A program made the translations under genes and the position numbers. 45,165 nucleotides of DNA from NCBI GenBank assembly GCA_044222475.1, contig JBGANF010000057.1:1-45165 (forward strand). The letters are read 5' to 3'. The notes under the pieces were generated by a model. That model had not been told where the DNA came from. It saw only the letters and a program-made list of their open reading frames with translations, and ran no database searches. Source of the DNA: Polyangiaceae bacterium (GTDB lineage: Bacteria > Myxococcota_A > Polyangia > Polyangiales > Polyangiaceae). Shown here one piece after another: positions 22,162 to 32,721 of this stretch. Numbering within the stretch: the stretch's first letter is position 1; each line of letters opens with the position of its first letter.

Positions 22162-24219
22162 ATGCGCCACGTTCGTATCGCCTTGGTCTTTGCGGTCGTT
22201 TTGGCTCCGGTGCTCGCGTCTGCGGATGAGGGCATGTGGCCTTACGACATGGTCCCGAAGGATCGCATCCTGAAGGATCACGGAGTGACGGTCACCGATG
22301 CGCAGCTCGATCGACTTCGCCTGTCGACGGTGCGGCTCTCGAGCGGCGGCACGGGGTCGTTCGTGTCGGCGCAGGGCCTCATCCTCACGAATCACCATGT
22401 CGCGTCGGAGTGCATCGCGAACATCGCGTCGGCCCAGCACGACTACATGAACGAGGGCTACCTCGCCTCGCGCGACGGCGGCGAGACCCGCTGCCCCGAC
22501 CTCGCCGCCGACATCCTCGTGTCCATGGCGGATGTCACCACCCGCATCCGCGGCGTCCGCAAGGACGGCATGAGCGACGCCGACGCCAACGTCGCCATGA
22601 AGGCGGAGATGGGAAAGGTCGAGAAGGAGTGCTCCGAGAAGGGCCAACCCGCGCCGCGCTGCGAGGTCGTGACGCTGTACGCCGGCGGCAAGTACGTCCT
22701 CTACACGTACAAGCGCTACACCGATCTTCGCCTCGTCTTCGCGCCGGAAGCTCCCATCGCGTTCTTCGGCGGCGACCCCGACAACTTCACGTTCCCCCGC
22801 TACGACGTCGACATGGCGCTGTTCCGCGCCTACGAGGGCGACAAGCCCGCCACGCCCCCGGCCTTCCTCAAGTGGAACGAGGGCGGCGCGAAGGACGGCG
22901 AGACCGTCTTCGTGAGCGGCAACCCCGGCGCGACCGGCCGTCTCCAGCCGGTCGCCCAGCTCGAGCGCCTTCGCGACACCGTCTACCCCTACGTCCTCGG
23001 CGTGCTCGCCCGCGAGCGCGATCTCCTCAAAGCGGTCGCGGTTCAAGGCAAAGAGTACGACCGCGAGGCGCGCGAGCCGATCTTCGGCGTCGAGAACGGC
23101 ATCAAGGCGCTGACGGGCTATCAGAGCGGGCTCAAGGACCCCGTCCTGATGAAGAAGAAGCAGGTCGACGAGGCCGCGCTCCAGAAGAGCATCGACGCCG
23201 ACCCGAAGCTCAAGGCGACCTACGGCACCCTCTTCGCGGACGTGAAGAAAGCGCAAGACCGCCTCGGCGCGCTCTACGTGAAGTACTCGGTCACCGAGCG
23301 GCTCGGCTACTCGACGCTGATGGGCCACGCCCGCACCCTCGTGCGCCTCGCCGACGAGAAGCCGCTCGCGAGCGACAAGCGACTCCGCGAGTACCGCGAC
23401 TCGAACATCGAGGAGGTGGAGCGCGAGCTCCTCTCCAGCGCCCCCGTCTACGGCTCGATCGAGGTCGCGCTCGTCCGCACGTGGATGGAGCAAGCGCAGC
23501 ACACGCTCGGCGCCGACCAGCTCAAGCTCGTGCTCAAGGGCGAGACGCCGGAGCGCGCCGCGCAGCGCATGGTCGCCGAGTCGAAGCTCTTCGACGTGTA
23601 CGCGAGGCGCAAGCTCCTCGCCGGCGGCAAGGCTGCGATCGCCGCGTCGGACGATCCGTTCATCGTGATGCTCCGCGCCCTCGACGGCGACGCGCGCGCC
23701 GTGCGCAAGCAGTACGAAGACGAGGTCGAAGCACCGATGCGCAAGCTCGGCGAGCAAATCGCCCAGGTCACCTTCGCGGCGCGCGGAACGTCGATGCCGC
23801 CGGACGCGACCTTCACGCTTCGCCTCTCCGTCGGAGTCGTGAAGGGCTACACCGAGAAGGGCAAAGTCGTCCCGTTCGCCACCGACTTCGCGGGGATGTA
23901 CGCCCACGCGACCGGCGTCGATCCGTTCAAGCTCCCCCCCGCGTGGATCGCGAAGAAAGACACGCTGAAGAAGGACACGAAGCTGAACTTCGTGTCGACG
24001 AACGACATCATCGGCGGCAACAGCGGCAGCCCGGTCGTCAACGCGCAGGGCGAGCTCGTCGGTCTCATCTTCGACGGCAACCTGTCGTCGCTGCCGAACC
24101 GATTCGTCTACCGCGAGGAGACCGAACGCGCCGTGAGCGTGGACACCGCCGGGATGACCGAGGCGCTGATCAAGATCTACGGCGCCGACGCGATCGTCCG
24201 GGAGCTCCGCGGCAATTGA
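22162..24219 (+). CDS. S46 family dipeptidyl peptidase
   Basis: Signal peptide then ADEGMW; GTGSFVS..GLILTNHHV; GGDPDNFTFPR; PDATFTLRLS; NDIIGGNSGSP..GLIFDGN. Confidence 0.95.
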   Translation: MRHVRIALVFAVVLAPVLASADEGMWPYDMVPKDRILKDHGVTVTDAQLDRLRLSTVRLSSGGTGSFVSAQGLILTNHHVASECIANIASAQHDYMNEGYLASRDGGETRCPDLAADILVSMADVTTRIRGVRKDGMSDADANVAMKAEMGKVEKECSEKGQPAPRCEVVTLYAGGKYVLYTYKRYTDLRLVFAPEAPIAFFGGDPDNFTFPRYDVDMALFRAYEGDKPATPPAFLKWNEGGAKDGETVFVSGNPGATGRLQPVAQLERLRDTVYPYVLGVLARERDLLKAVAVQGKEYDREAREPIFGVENGIKALTGYQSGLKDPVLMKKKQVDEAALQKSIDADPKLKATYGTLFADVKKAQDRLGALYVKYSVTERLGYSTLMGHARTLVRLADEKPLASDKRLREYRDSNIEEVERELLSSAPVYGSIEVALVRTWMEQAQHTLGADQLKLVLKGETPERAAQRMVAESKLFDVYARRKLLAGGKAAIAASDDPFIVMLRALDGDARAVRKQYEDEVEAPMRKLGEQIAQVTFAARGTSMPPDATFTLRLSVGVVKGYTEKGKVVPFATDFAGMYAHATGVDPFKLPPAWIAKKDTLKKDTKLNFVSTNDIIGGNSGSPVVNAQGELVGLIFDGNLSSLPNRFVYREETERAVSVDTAGMTEALIKIYGADAIVRELRGN

Positions 24220-24341
24220 CGGATGATCCAGATCTCGCACCCGATCTCGCGATCGCACGCGAGATTTCGCGATCACTCGCGAGCGTGCATTCTGCAGATG
24301 CTCCTCGTTTCGGGCGCCTGATTTCGCTAGGCTGAGCGCGA

Positions 24342-25787
24342 ATGGTGGTCCCCCGGGAACCGCAGGATCTCGCGGAAGGAACGCGCCTCCTCGATCGGTA
24401 CGTCATCGTCGACCGCGTCGCAGGCGGCGGCATGGCATCGATCTATCGCGCGAACGACGAACGCCTGCGGCGCATCGTCTGCGTGAAGCTCCTCCGTACC
24501 GTCCTCGAGCTCGGCAGCACCGAGGGCAACACCGTCTACCAAGCGACGTACTCGCACTTCCTCCAAGAAGCGCTCGCGCTCTCGAGGCTTCGTCACCCGA
24601 ACACGCTGACGATCTTCGACTTCGGTTACCTCGAAGAGGGCGGACGCCCGTTTCAGATCTCGGAGTGGCTCGACGGCGGCAACCTCGAGGAGCACGTCAA
24701 AGCGCACGGCGCGCTCAGCTCGCAAGACACGCTCGCCATCCTCGATCCGATCGGCGGCGCGATCGTCGAGGCCCACTCTCAGCGCATCATTCATCGGGAC
24801 ATCAAGCCCTCGAACATCCTGTTCGGACGCGTGGGTCCTTCGATCGTCCCGAAGCTCGCCGACTTCGGCATCGCCCACTCGAAGCCGCAGAGGAGATCGC
24901 CGGTCGGCGATCAAGAAGAAGAGGCCGTCAGCCTCGTCAGCTTGTTCTCGCCGCGTTGGGCAGCGCCCGAGCAGCTCGCCGGATCGGTCTCTGGCCCGGC
25001 GACCGACATCTACTCGTTGGCGCTCGTCGCTCACTACATGCTGACGGGGACGATGATGTTCCCCGGTCGCGAGGTCCGGGCGAGCTTCCCCGGTCGCATC
25101 CTCGGCGACGCGCTCGTCGCGGAGCGCATCGAAGAGACTCACACGCCGCACGGTGCGCGCTCTGCGCTCCAGCGGGCGATCCGAGCCGTCCCCGAGCACC
25201 GTACGCCTTCGGTCGAGGCGTTCCTCCGGGAGCTCCGAGACGGCCTCTCCGAGGCCGCGGGACAGGCGTCCCTCCGGCCGCCGGCCGTACCCGAGCCGGC
25301 CCCCTCGCGGCCGCAGGTATCGGTGCCTGTCGCACCTTCACCTCCATCGCCCCGCAGCCCCGAGTCGGGTGAGCGGCCCGCCGTCCGTCGTCCCCGCGTC
25401 GTGGAGGTCGAGGAGCGCCTCGACCTCGTCGTGGCCACCCCAACCGCCGCGGAGGCGCGATTCCGCCTCACGATGGTCCCCAGCGCGGGCGGCGCCTATC
25501 GCGTCAACGTGAAGGGCCTCAACTGCTTCGTCGTCCGTGACGGTAGGCCCACTCCGGCGATCGTCGTCTCCCAAGACGAAACGCTGAGCCTCGTCTCGAG
25601 CGCGCGTGAGAACTGGGGGCGAATCGCGCTCCAATTCGGGACGGTGCGCGGCGACTCTCGCGTGTTTGTCGTCGACGGGGGCGAGCTTTTGCTACCCTTG
25701 TCCCAGGCGCGTCGCGCAGTCGCCGTTCACGTCGAACGGACGGGAGAGGTCGTGGTCCTCTGCCAGCGCGAAAGCAGCAGAGCGTAG
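24342..25787 (+). CDS. cytoplasmic Ser/Thr protein kinase with C-terminal beta-rich domain
   Basis: VAGGGMASIY, VCVK, HRDIKPSN, DFG, WAAPEQ, DIYSL; no TM segment. Confidence 0.9.
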   Translation: MVVPREPQDLAEGTRLLDRYVIVDRVAGGGMASIYRANDERLRRIVCVKLLRTVLELGSTEGNTVYQATYSHFLQEALALSRLRHPNTLTIFDFGYLEEGGRPFQISEWLDGGNLEEHVKAHGALSSQDTLAILDPIGGAIVEAHSQRIIHRDIKPSNILFGRVGPSIVPKLADFGIAHSKPQRRSPVGDQEEEAVSLVSLFSPRWAAPEQLAGSVSGPATDIYSLALVAHYMLTGTMMFPGREVRASFPGRILGDALVAERIEETHTPHGARSALQRAIRAVPEHRTPSVEAFLRELRDGLSEAAGQASLRPPAVPEPAPSRPQVSVPVAPSPPSPRSPESGERPAVRRPRVVEVEERLDLVVATPTAAEARFRLTMVPSAGGAYRVNVKGLNCFVVRDGRPTPAIVVSQDETLSLVSSARENWGRIALQFGTVRGDSRVFVVDGGELLLPLSQARRAVAVHVERTGEVVVLCQRESSRA

Positions 25788-25798
25788 GGTCCTCGAGC

Positions 25799-27607
25799 GT
25801 GCAGAACAAACCCGAGATTCCGGCGGCGAACGAGATCACCCTCACGGGTGAGACGCCTTCGGCTGCCCCTCAGCCGGCGCGCTCCGGCCCCCCGCCCGTC
25901 CCGCCGCGGCCGCCGCTCGCTCGCCCCGCGACCCCGACGAACTTCGAGCCGGTCGGAATCGTGCCCCAGCCGCGCCCGGCCGAAACCCCGGCCACCTTCG
26001 TCCCGAGCTCGACGCCGCCGCCGCTGCAGCCTCCGCCGTTTCCGATGCACACGCCGCCGCCCCCTTCGGCGGCCGTTCGTGGCGATCTCGCGGGGCCGCA
26101 GCCAGAGCAGCGTCACCGCCCCGCCCCGACGCACGTCCTCCGCTCGCGCGCCTACGCCTTCGTCCTCGACGAGCACGGCCAGCCGATCGAGCTCGGCTCG
26201 GGCCGCTTCGCCAAGGCGTACCTGGGCGAGGAGCGGTGGCTCGAATCCAAGACCGACTTCCGCCGCTCCGTCGTCATCAAGATCCTCCAGAAGGGCGTCG
26301 GCGAGGAAGACATGATGCGCTTCCAGATGGAGAAGGAGCTCCTCGAGCGCGTCCAGGGACACCCGAACATCATCCGCCTCCACGCGAGCGGCGAAGGCAA
26401 CGACGGCGACTTCATCCCGGCCTCCATCCGCGACTCGGTCGAGCCGGAGTACATGATCCTCGAGCGTCTCGACATGTCGCTCGAAGAGCGGCTCAAGGGA
26501 TCGCGCACCCGCGGACAGAAGGAAGACCTCCTCGCGTGCCCCATGCAGGAGCGCATCTTCCGAGTGCTCGACTACATGATCCCGATCGCATCGGCGATCG
26601 AGTACGCGCACCTCGTCCGGAACATCTGCCACCGCGATCTCAAGCCGGCGAACATCCTCATCGGCCTCCCCGATCCGACGCTCCGCGGATCCCAGCTCGA
26701 AGTGCGCCTCGCCGACTTCAACGTCGCGAAGCTCCACGACGACGACGTCAGCATCCAGATGACGCAGCTGCGGTCCGTCCCCGGCACGCTCTTTTTCCAG
26801 AGCCCCGAGCAGGAGACGAACATCCTCGAGCTGCTCGTCAACGTCTCGCAGGGCTCGCCCGAGATCGAGTACTTCGAGGACTTCTACATCCAGATCGCCA
26901 AGAACGACACGTTCTCGCTGTTCAACCGCGGCGAGCAGTACCCGATCCTCTACGCCGACCGTTCGCGCAAGCGCATCATGCTCGCTCGTCCCTACCGCGG
27001 CCCGAACGAGACGAACGTCCGCGCGCGCATCCAGAAGAGCGTGGGGCGCCCCGCCGACATCTATTCGCTCGGCGCGACGTTCTACTATTTGATCTCTGGG
27101 GCCTACGCGAACCCGAAGACGCTCTACGACAACTTCCACAAGTTCATCGAGTACGAGCGCGCGGAAGAGTCGAACACGATCGAGTCGTACCTCGCCCACG
27201 AGTACGGCGTCATCAACTCGCTCCGCGCGCCCAAGGCCGAAGGCGGCGTCGAGGTCGCTCCGGCGGATCGGTTCTTCTCGTACAAGCACTACCTCGACGG
27301 CAACGGCGAGCTCATCGATCCGAACGTGATGAAGATCATCGCGCGCTGCATGATCCGCAGCAAACCGGACAGCTACTGCCAAACGCACGAGATCGAGACG
27401 CGTGGCATCACCGATCTCGTGAACGACCTCATCGAGCTCTACACGATCTTCGGCGTGCACCCGGCGGCGCGTCCGCCGCAGCTGGGGCGGCTCGGGCACG
27501 GCGGGCGCGGCGGCAAGAAGCTGTCGAAGGGCCTCGCGACGGTTGGAAGCCGAATCAAGTGGTGGTGGATCACGCTGCTGAACAAGCTCCGCGGCAAGCG
27601 GCGCTGA
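25799..27607 (+). CDS. atypical Ser/Thr protein kinase with C-lobe insertions
   Basis: Pro-rich N-terminus; LGSGRFA, VVIK, HRDLKPAN, DFN (for DFG), QSPEQ, then 80 residues before ADIYSLG. Confidence 0.88.
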   Translation: MQNKPEIPAANEITLTGETPSAAPQPARSGPPPVPPRPPLARPATPTNFEPVGIVPQPRPAETPATFVPSSTPPPLQPPPFPMHTPPPPSAAVRGDLAGPQPEQRHRPAPTHVLRSRAYAFVLDEHGQPIELGSGRFAKAYLGEERWLESKTDFRRSVVIKILQKGVGEEDMMRFQMEKELLERVQGHPNIIRLHASGEGNDGDFIPASIRDSVEPEYMILERLDMSLEERLKGSRTRGQKEDLLACPMQERIFRVLDYMIPIASAIEYAHLVRNICHRDLKPANILIGLPDPTLRGSQLEVRLADFNVAKLHDDDVSIQMTQLRSVPGTLFFQSPEQETNILELLVNVSQGSPEIEYFEDFYIQIAKNDTFSLFNRGEQYPILYADRSRKRIMLARPYRGPNETNVRARIQKSVGRPADIYSLGATFYYLISGAYANPKTLYDNFHKFIEYERAEESNTIESYLAHEYGVINSLRAPKAEGGVEVAPADRFFSYKHYLDGNGELIDPNVMKIIARCMIRSKPDSYCQTHEIETRGITDLVNDLIELYTIFGVHPAARPPQLGRLGHGGRGGKKLSKGLATVGSRIKWWWITLLNKLRGKRR

Positions 27608-27630
27608 CTCCTTGCGCTCTGAGAGAGAGA

Positions 27631-27749
27631 GAACAGGAAGGGCGGAAGGACGGAAGGTTTAGGGGGTGTTTCACCAACGCCAGCGTCGTGGCGGGAGCTC
27701 GCAAGCGCGAGCAACCTCCAATCCTTCCGTACTTCCGCCCTTCCTGTTC
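27631..27749. repeat. 27-bp inverted repeat between convergent genes (REP-like)
   Basis: GAACAGGAAGGGCGGAAGGACGGAAGG (27631-27657) pairs with 27723-27749 with one mismatch. Confidence 0.85.
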
Positions 27750-27791
27750 AAATCCGAAGTGCGCGCCACGGAGTCGTGCGCGACTAGCTAG

Positions 27792-28721
27792 CTAGTGACG
27801 GATCGGGGAACCGACGTCGTCCACTATTTCGGGTTGCTCCGCGTGCGCGGTCGGGAGCTGCGGGAGCGATTCCTCTTCGGCTCGGTTCGGCTTGTAGGTG
27901 TGCTCCTTGCCGGGGAACTCACCGCTCCGCACCTCGCGCACGTAGTCTTGCACCGCGGTTCGCGCCGCGTCGCCCAGCTCGGCGAAGCGCTTCGCGAACT
28001 TCGGGACGTGACCGAGCGAGAGCCCGAGCAAATCGGTACAGACCAGCACTTGTCCGTCGCACGCGACGCCGGCGCCAATGCCGATGGTCGGGATCTTCAG
28101 CGTCGCGGTGATGCGCGTCGCCACGTCGGGCGGGATCGCCTCGAGCACGATCGCGAACGCGCCGGCCGCCTCGACCGCGATCGCGTCGCGGAGGAGCTGC
28201 TCGGCCGCGCCCTCGCCCCTGCCCTGCACCTTGAAGCCGCCAAGCGCGTGCACGCTCTGCGGAGTGAGGCCCACGTGACCGACGACCGGGATGCCCGCTC
28301 GCACGATCCGATGGATGTGCTCGGCGAAGCTCTCACCGCCCTCGAGCTTCACGCTCTCGAACGAGCCGTCCTTCATGATCTTGCCGGCGCTCTCGACCGC
28401 CTGCACCGCCGACACCTGGTACGACATGAAGGGCATGTCGCCGACGACGTGCGCCGACGCCGCTCCCCGCATGACCGCGCGGCCGTGGTAGCAAATCTCG
28501 TCGACGGTGACGGGGATGGTGTTCCCCAGGCCTTGGACGACCATCCCGAGGGAGTCGCCGACCAGGATCATGTCGACCCCGCCTTCGTCGACGATGCGGG
28601 CCATCGTGTAGTCGTATGCGGTCACCATCGCGATGGCGTCGGCGCCGTGGGCGACCTTTCGGTCGCGAAGCTCGGGAACCGTGATTTTCCGTACGGTTCG
28701 GGCTGCGGCAGGGCTGTACAT
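27792..28721 (-). CDS. panB: 3-methyl-2-oxobutanoate hydroxymethyltransferase
   Basis: MVTAYD, ILVGDSLGMV, VGDMPFMSY, VKLEGG, GHVGLTPQS, PTIGIGAG and DGQVLV; GAGG SD before ATG 28721. Confidence 0.97.
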   Translation of the reverse strand: MYSPAAARTVRKITVPELRDRKVAHGADAIAMVTAYDYTMARIVDEGGVDMILVGDSLGMVVQGLGNTIPVTVDEICYHGRAVMRGAASAHVVGDMPFMSYQVSAVQAVESAGKIMKDGSFESVKLEGGESFAEHIHRIVRAGIPVVGHVGLTPQSVHALGGFKVQGRGEGAAEQLLRDAIAVEAAGAFAIVLEAIPPDVATRITATLKIPTIGIGAGVACDGQVLVCTDLLGLSLGHVPKFAKRFAELGDAARTAVQDYVREVRSGEFPGKEHTYKPNRAEEESLPQLPTAHAEQPEIVDDVGSPIRH

Positions 28722-28867
28722 GCGGACCTCCGGGTCGACGCTCGCGTCCGAGGACGCCAAGTCGCCGCCACTGAGGGGGAACGTAGTGCGGCCGCCGAAG
28801 ATGAGCAACCCAAGCGTGTCCAGATGGATCCCCGCCCTAGGGCACGAAAGTGGTCTATCCTCCCGCC

Positions 28868-29287
28868 GTGCCTCGGAAACGGAACCTTTTCGCGATCCTG
28901 GTCGTCCTCGCGGCGGGGACCACCATGGGTTGCGACCGGCCTCCGTCCGACGGAATTCGCGAGTGGTCACCCCAAGATCACGACCACGACGAGCAGCAAC
29001 AGGGGGGGCAAGCCCCCACCTCCGAGGACAAGCGGGCCATGATCATCGAGGCCGCCTGGCAGCAGAACTGCGCCGCGTGCCACGGCCCCATCGGCCACGG
29101 AGACGGACCCAACGGCGCGCTGGTCAAGGCGCCCGACCTCACCCGCGCCGACTGGCAGGAGAAGGTCTCGGACAAGGACATCGCCGACCGGATCCGCCAA
29201 GGCAAAGGCCTCATGCCCAAGTTCGATCTCCCAGAGGAGACGATCGCCGGCCTCGTCGCGCGCGTGCGCGCATCCCGAGGTCACTGA
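28868..29287 (+). CDS. monoheme class I cytochrome c lipoprotein
   Basis: Signal/lipobox (TMGC), CAACHG, APDLT, GKGLMPKF with distal Met. Confidence 0.85.
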   Translation: MPRKRNLFAILVVLAAGTTMGCDRPPSDGIREWSPQDHDHDEQQQGGQAPTSEDKRAMIIEAAWQQNCAACHGPIGHGDGPNGALVKAPDLTRADWQEKVSDKDIADRIRQGKGLMPKFDLPEETIAGLVARVRASRGH

Positions 29288-29651
29288 TGAAGCGGCGGCC
29301 CATCCTCGTCATCCTCCTCGTCCTCGCGCTCGGGGCGTACTTCACCCTTTCACCTCGCCTGCCGAAGGATCAGACGGTGAACGTCGTCCTCGGTGACGAC
29401 GCGGAGCGCGTGCACGACGTCACCCTCGTCTACACCCAAGACGGCGAGAGCGAGACCGCGCGCGAGGCGACGTTCCACTTCGAGCACGCTCCGCGCGTCA
29501 TCCGTCACGACGCGCGCCTGCCCAACGGGGACTACACGATCGCCGTCGACCTCCGCGGCTCGGGCTCGGCCCACGTCGAGCGGAAGGTCAAGCTCGCCGG
29601 CGGATCGACCAACGTCGACGTGTCGGAGACGAAGCTGATGGAGGCCTCTCG

Positions 29652-29655
<4 letters not shown>
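29287..29655 (+). CDS. hypothetical membrane-anchored protein
   Basis: TGATG coupling to the cytochrome; N-terminal TM and Ig-like LPNGDYTIAV segment; ATGA overlap with the next gene. Confidence 0.7.
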
Positions 29656-30989
<1,334 letters not shown>

Positions 30990-31020
30990 CTCTCTTCGCT
31001 CGCGTCACTCCACGAAGAGG

Positions 31021-31129
31021 ACCGCAAGGACGAGGAGAGCGCAAGGACGCAAAGAGAAGAGAGTGGGCTGATCCCGTCGACCAACCCACTCCGATCCTTG
31101 CGTCCTCGTGTTCTTCTCGTCCTTGCGGT
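31021..31129. repeat. REP-like intergenic inverted repeat, copy 2
   Basis: ACCGCAAGGACGAG (31021-31034) and CTCGTCCTTGCGGT (31116-31129) are a perfect 14-bp IR; shares a 20-mer with the copy at 49-157. Confidence 0.8.
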
Positions 31130-31164
31130 TTTCTGCGAGGGCGTACCAGCTTGGTACGGCGTGA

Positions 31165-32583
31165 CTACGGGAAGACCACGTTCGCCGGGTTCGGCGCGCA
31201 TTGGCCGACCTGGCACGCGATGGTCCCGGCGTCGGCGCCGCGGCCTAGCTCGCCGTCACCGTTGTAGCCCCAGCACTGCACCGCACCGCCCTCGAGGAGG
31301 ACGCAGGTGTAACCGGTGCCGAAGTTGTTCAGGTTCGCGCCGCCGGTGCCGATCGCGATCGCCTTGCCGCCGACCTTCACCTCGGTCGGGACCGTGATCG
31401 GGGCCGGGTTGTAGCCGCCGTCGGAGGTCGGCCCGGACTGGCCGCCGCTGTTGCGGCCCCAGCAGTAGACGAGCCCGTCGGTGGTGATGGCGCAGGAGTG
31501 GAAGTTCGACGTCGCGACCTGGGTCGCGATCTTCCCGGTGCCGAGCGGCACCGCGAACGGCGTTGCGCTGTTGCCACCCGTCGTGCCGCGGCCAAGCTGC
31601 CCGTAGTCGTTGAGGCCCCAGCAGAGGACCTGGCCGGTCTTGTTGACGACGCACGCGTGCGCATCGCCGGCGCTGATCTGGACGACGTCGGTGAGGTTCG
31701 GGATGGGCGCAGGGACCGGATCGGTCTGGCCGCCGATGGTGCGCGCCAGCGCGTTGTTCTGGTTCCGACCCCAGGAGAGCACGGTACCATTTTGGAGCAA
31801 CGCGAGACCGAACTCGGAGCCGATCGCGCCGCTCGTGATCACGCCGGCGTCGTTCAGGATCTTGCCGGGCGGCGAAGTCTGGGTCGCCGGGACGCCGCGG
31901 CCGTTCGCGCCATCTTGGTTCGAGCCCCAGCACAGCATGTCGCCGCCGACGATCGCGCAGTTGTTGAAGTTGTTCGACGTCGTCTGCGCCGACGTCGTGA
32001 TGCCGTTCGGGACGAGCAGGTTCGGGTGCGGGCCGTTGTCGAACTGAGCCAGCCCCGAGTCGAGCACCTGCCCGAGCTGAGCGCTCGAGTTCGCGCCCCA
32101 GCAGAACGTCGCCGACGCGGTGCGAGCACACGTGCTTCCGGCGGTCGTGTAGACCGTCGCCGCGCTCACGCTGAGCACGTTGGCGAGACCGCTCACCGCG
32201 ACCGGCGTGTTCTTCGGACCGCCGTCGTAACCGGCGTCACCCTGCCCGAGCTGGCCCATCACGTCGGCGCCCCAGCAGCGGACGGTTCCGTCCTTGATCA
32301 GCGCGCACGCGTGGTGACCGCCGACTGCGAGGCCGACGACGCACGGGTTCGACGTGCACAGCGGTCCGGCGTCGACGACGATCGGCGAGTCCGGCGCGGC
32401 GTCGTCGGGCGGAGGCACGAAGACGTCGAGATCTTGTCCGGTGTCCACCGGGTTGAAGGTGTCGGGCAGCCCCGAGTCGGGCGTTCCCTGATCGGTGTCA
32501 CCGCCACACGCCTGAAAGATGCCGGCGCCACACGCGAGAGCGAGCGCGCTACCTGCCACCAAGAGAGTCTTCGTGTGACGCAT
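31165..32583 (-). CDS. RCC1-repeat (beta-propeller) lipoprotein
   Basis: Signal with FQAC, D/P-rich linker, about seven repeats of H-x-C...G-x-V-x-CWG-x-N-x-x-GQLG; GGAGG SD. Confidence 0.9.
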   Translation of the reverse strand: MRHTKTLLVAGSALALACGAGIFQACGGDTDQGTPDSGLPDTFNPVDTGQDLDVFVPPPDDAAPDSPIVVDAGPLCTSNPCVVGLAVGGHHACALIKDGTVRCWGADVMGQLGQGDAGYDGGPKNTPVAVSGLANVLSVSAATVYTTAGSTCARTASATFCWGANSSAQLGQVLDSGLAQFDNGPHPNLLVPNGITTSAQTTSNNFNNCAIVGGDMLCWGSNQDGANGRGVPATQTSPPGKILNDAGVITSGAIGSEFGLALLQNGTVLSWGRNQNNALARTIGGQTDPVPAPIPNLTDVVQISAGDAHACVVNKTGQVLCWGLNDYGQLGRGTTGGNSATPFAVPLGTGKIATQVATSNFHSCAITTDGLVYCWGRNSGGQSGPTSDGGYNPAPITVPTEVKVGGKAIAIGTGGANLNNFGTGYTCVLLEGGAVQCWGYNGDGELGRGADAGTIACQVGQCAPNPANVVFP

Positions 32584-32721
32584 GAAATCCTCCGCTCGTA
32601 GAGCCAAGACTCGCGGCGCGTCGCGCGACCGCGTGCGACAAAGCTACACGCTCTGCGAGAGCGGTCCAGCTCTCGAAGAATGATGCATTCCGCACGGAAA
32701 ACTACGCCGTGTCTGGAAGAG

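Noticed and set aside
22012..24276. Long antisense ORFs (also 1308-2879, 25727-27499, 40304-42343 and others)
   Set aside because: Shadows of real high-GC genes on the opposite strand; no motifs.
24220..24300. TCGCGA-rich short palindromes after the S46 peptidase
   Set aside because: Such words are frequent throughout this sequence and there is no U-tract; too weak to call a terminator.
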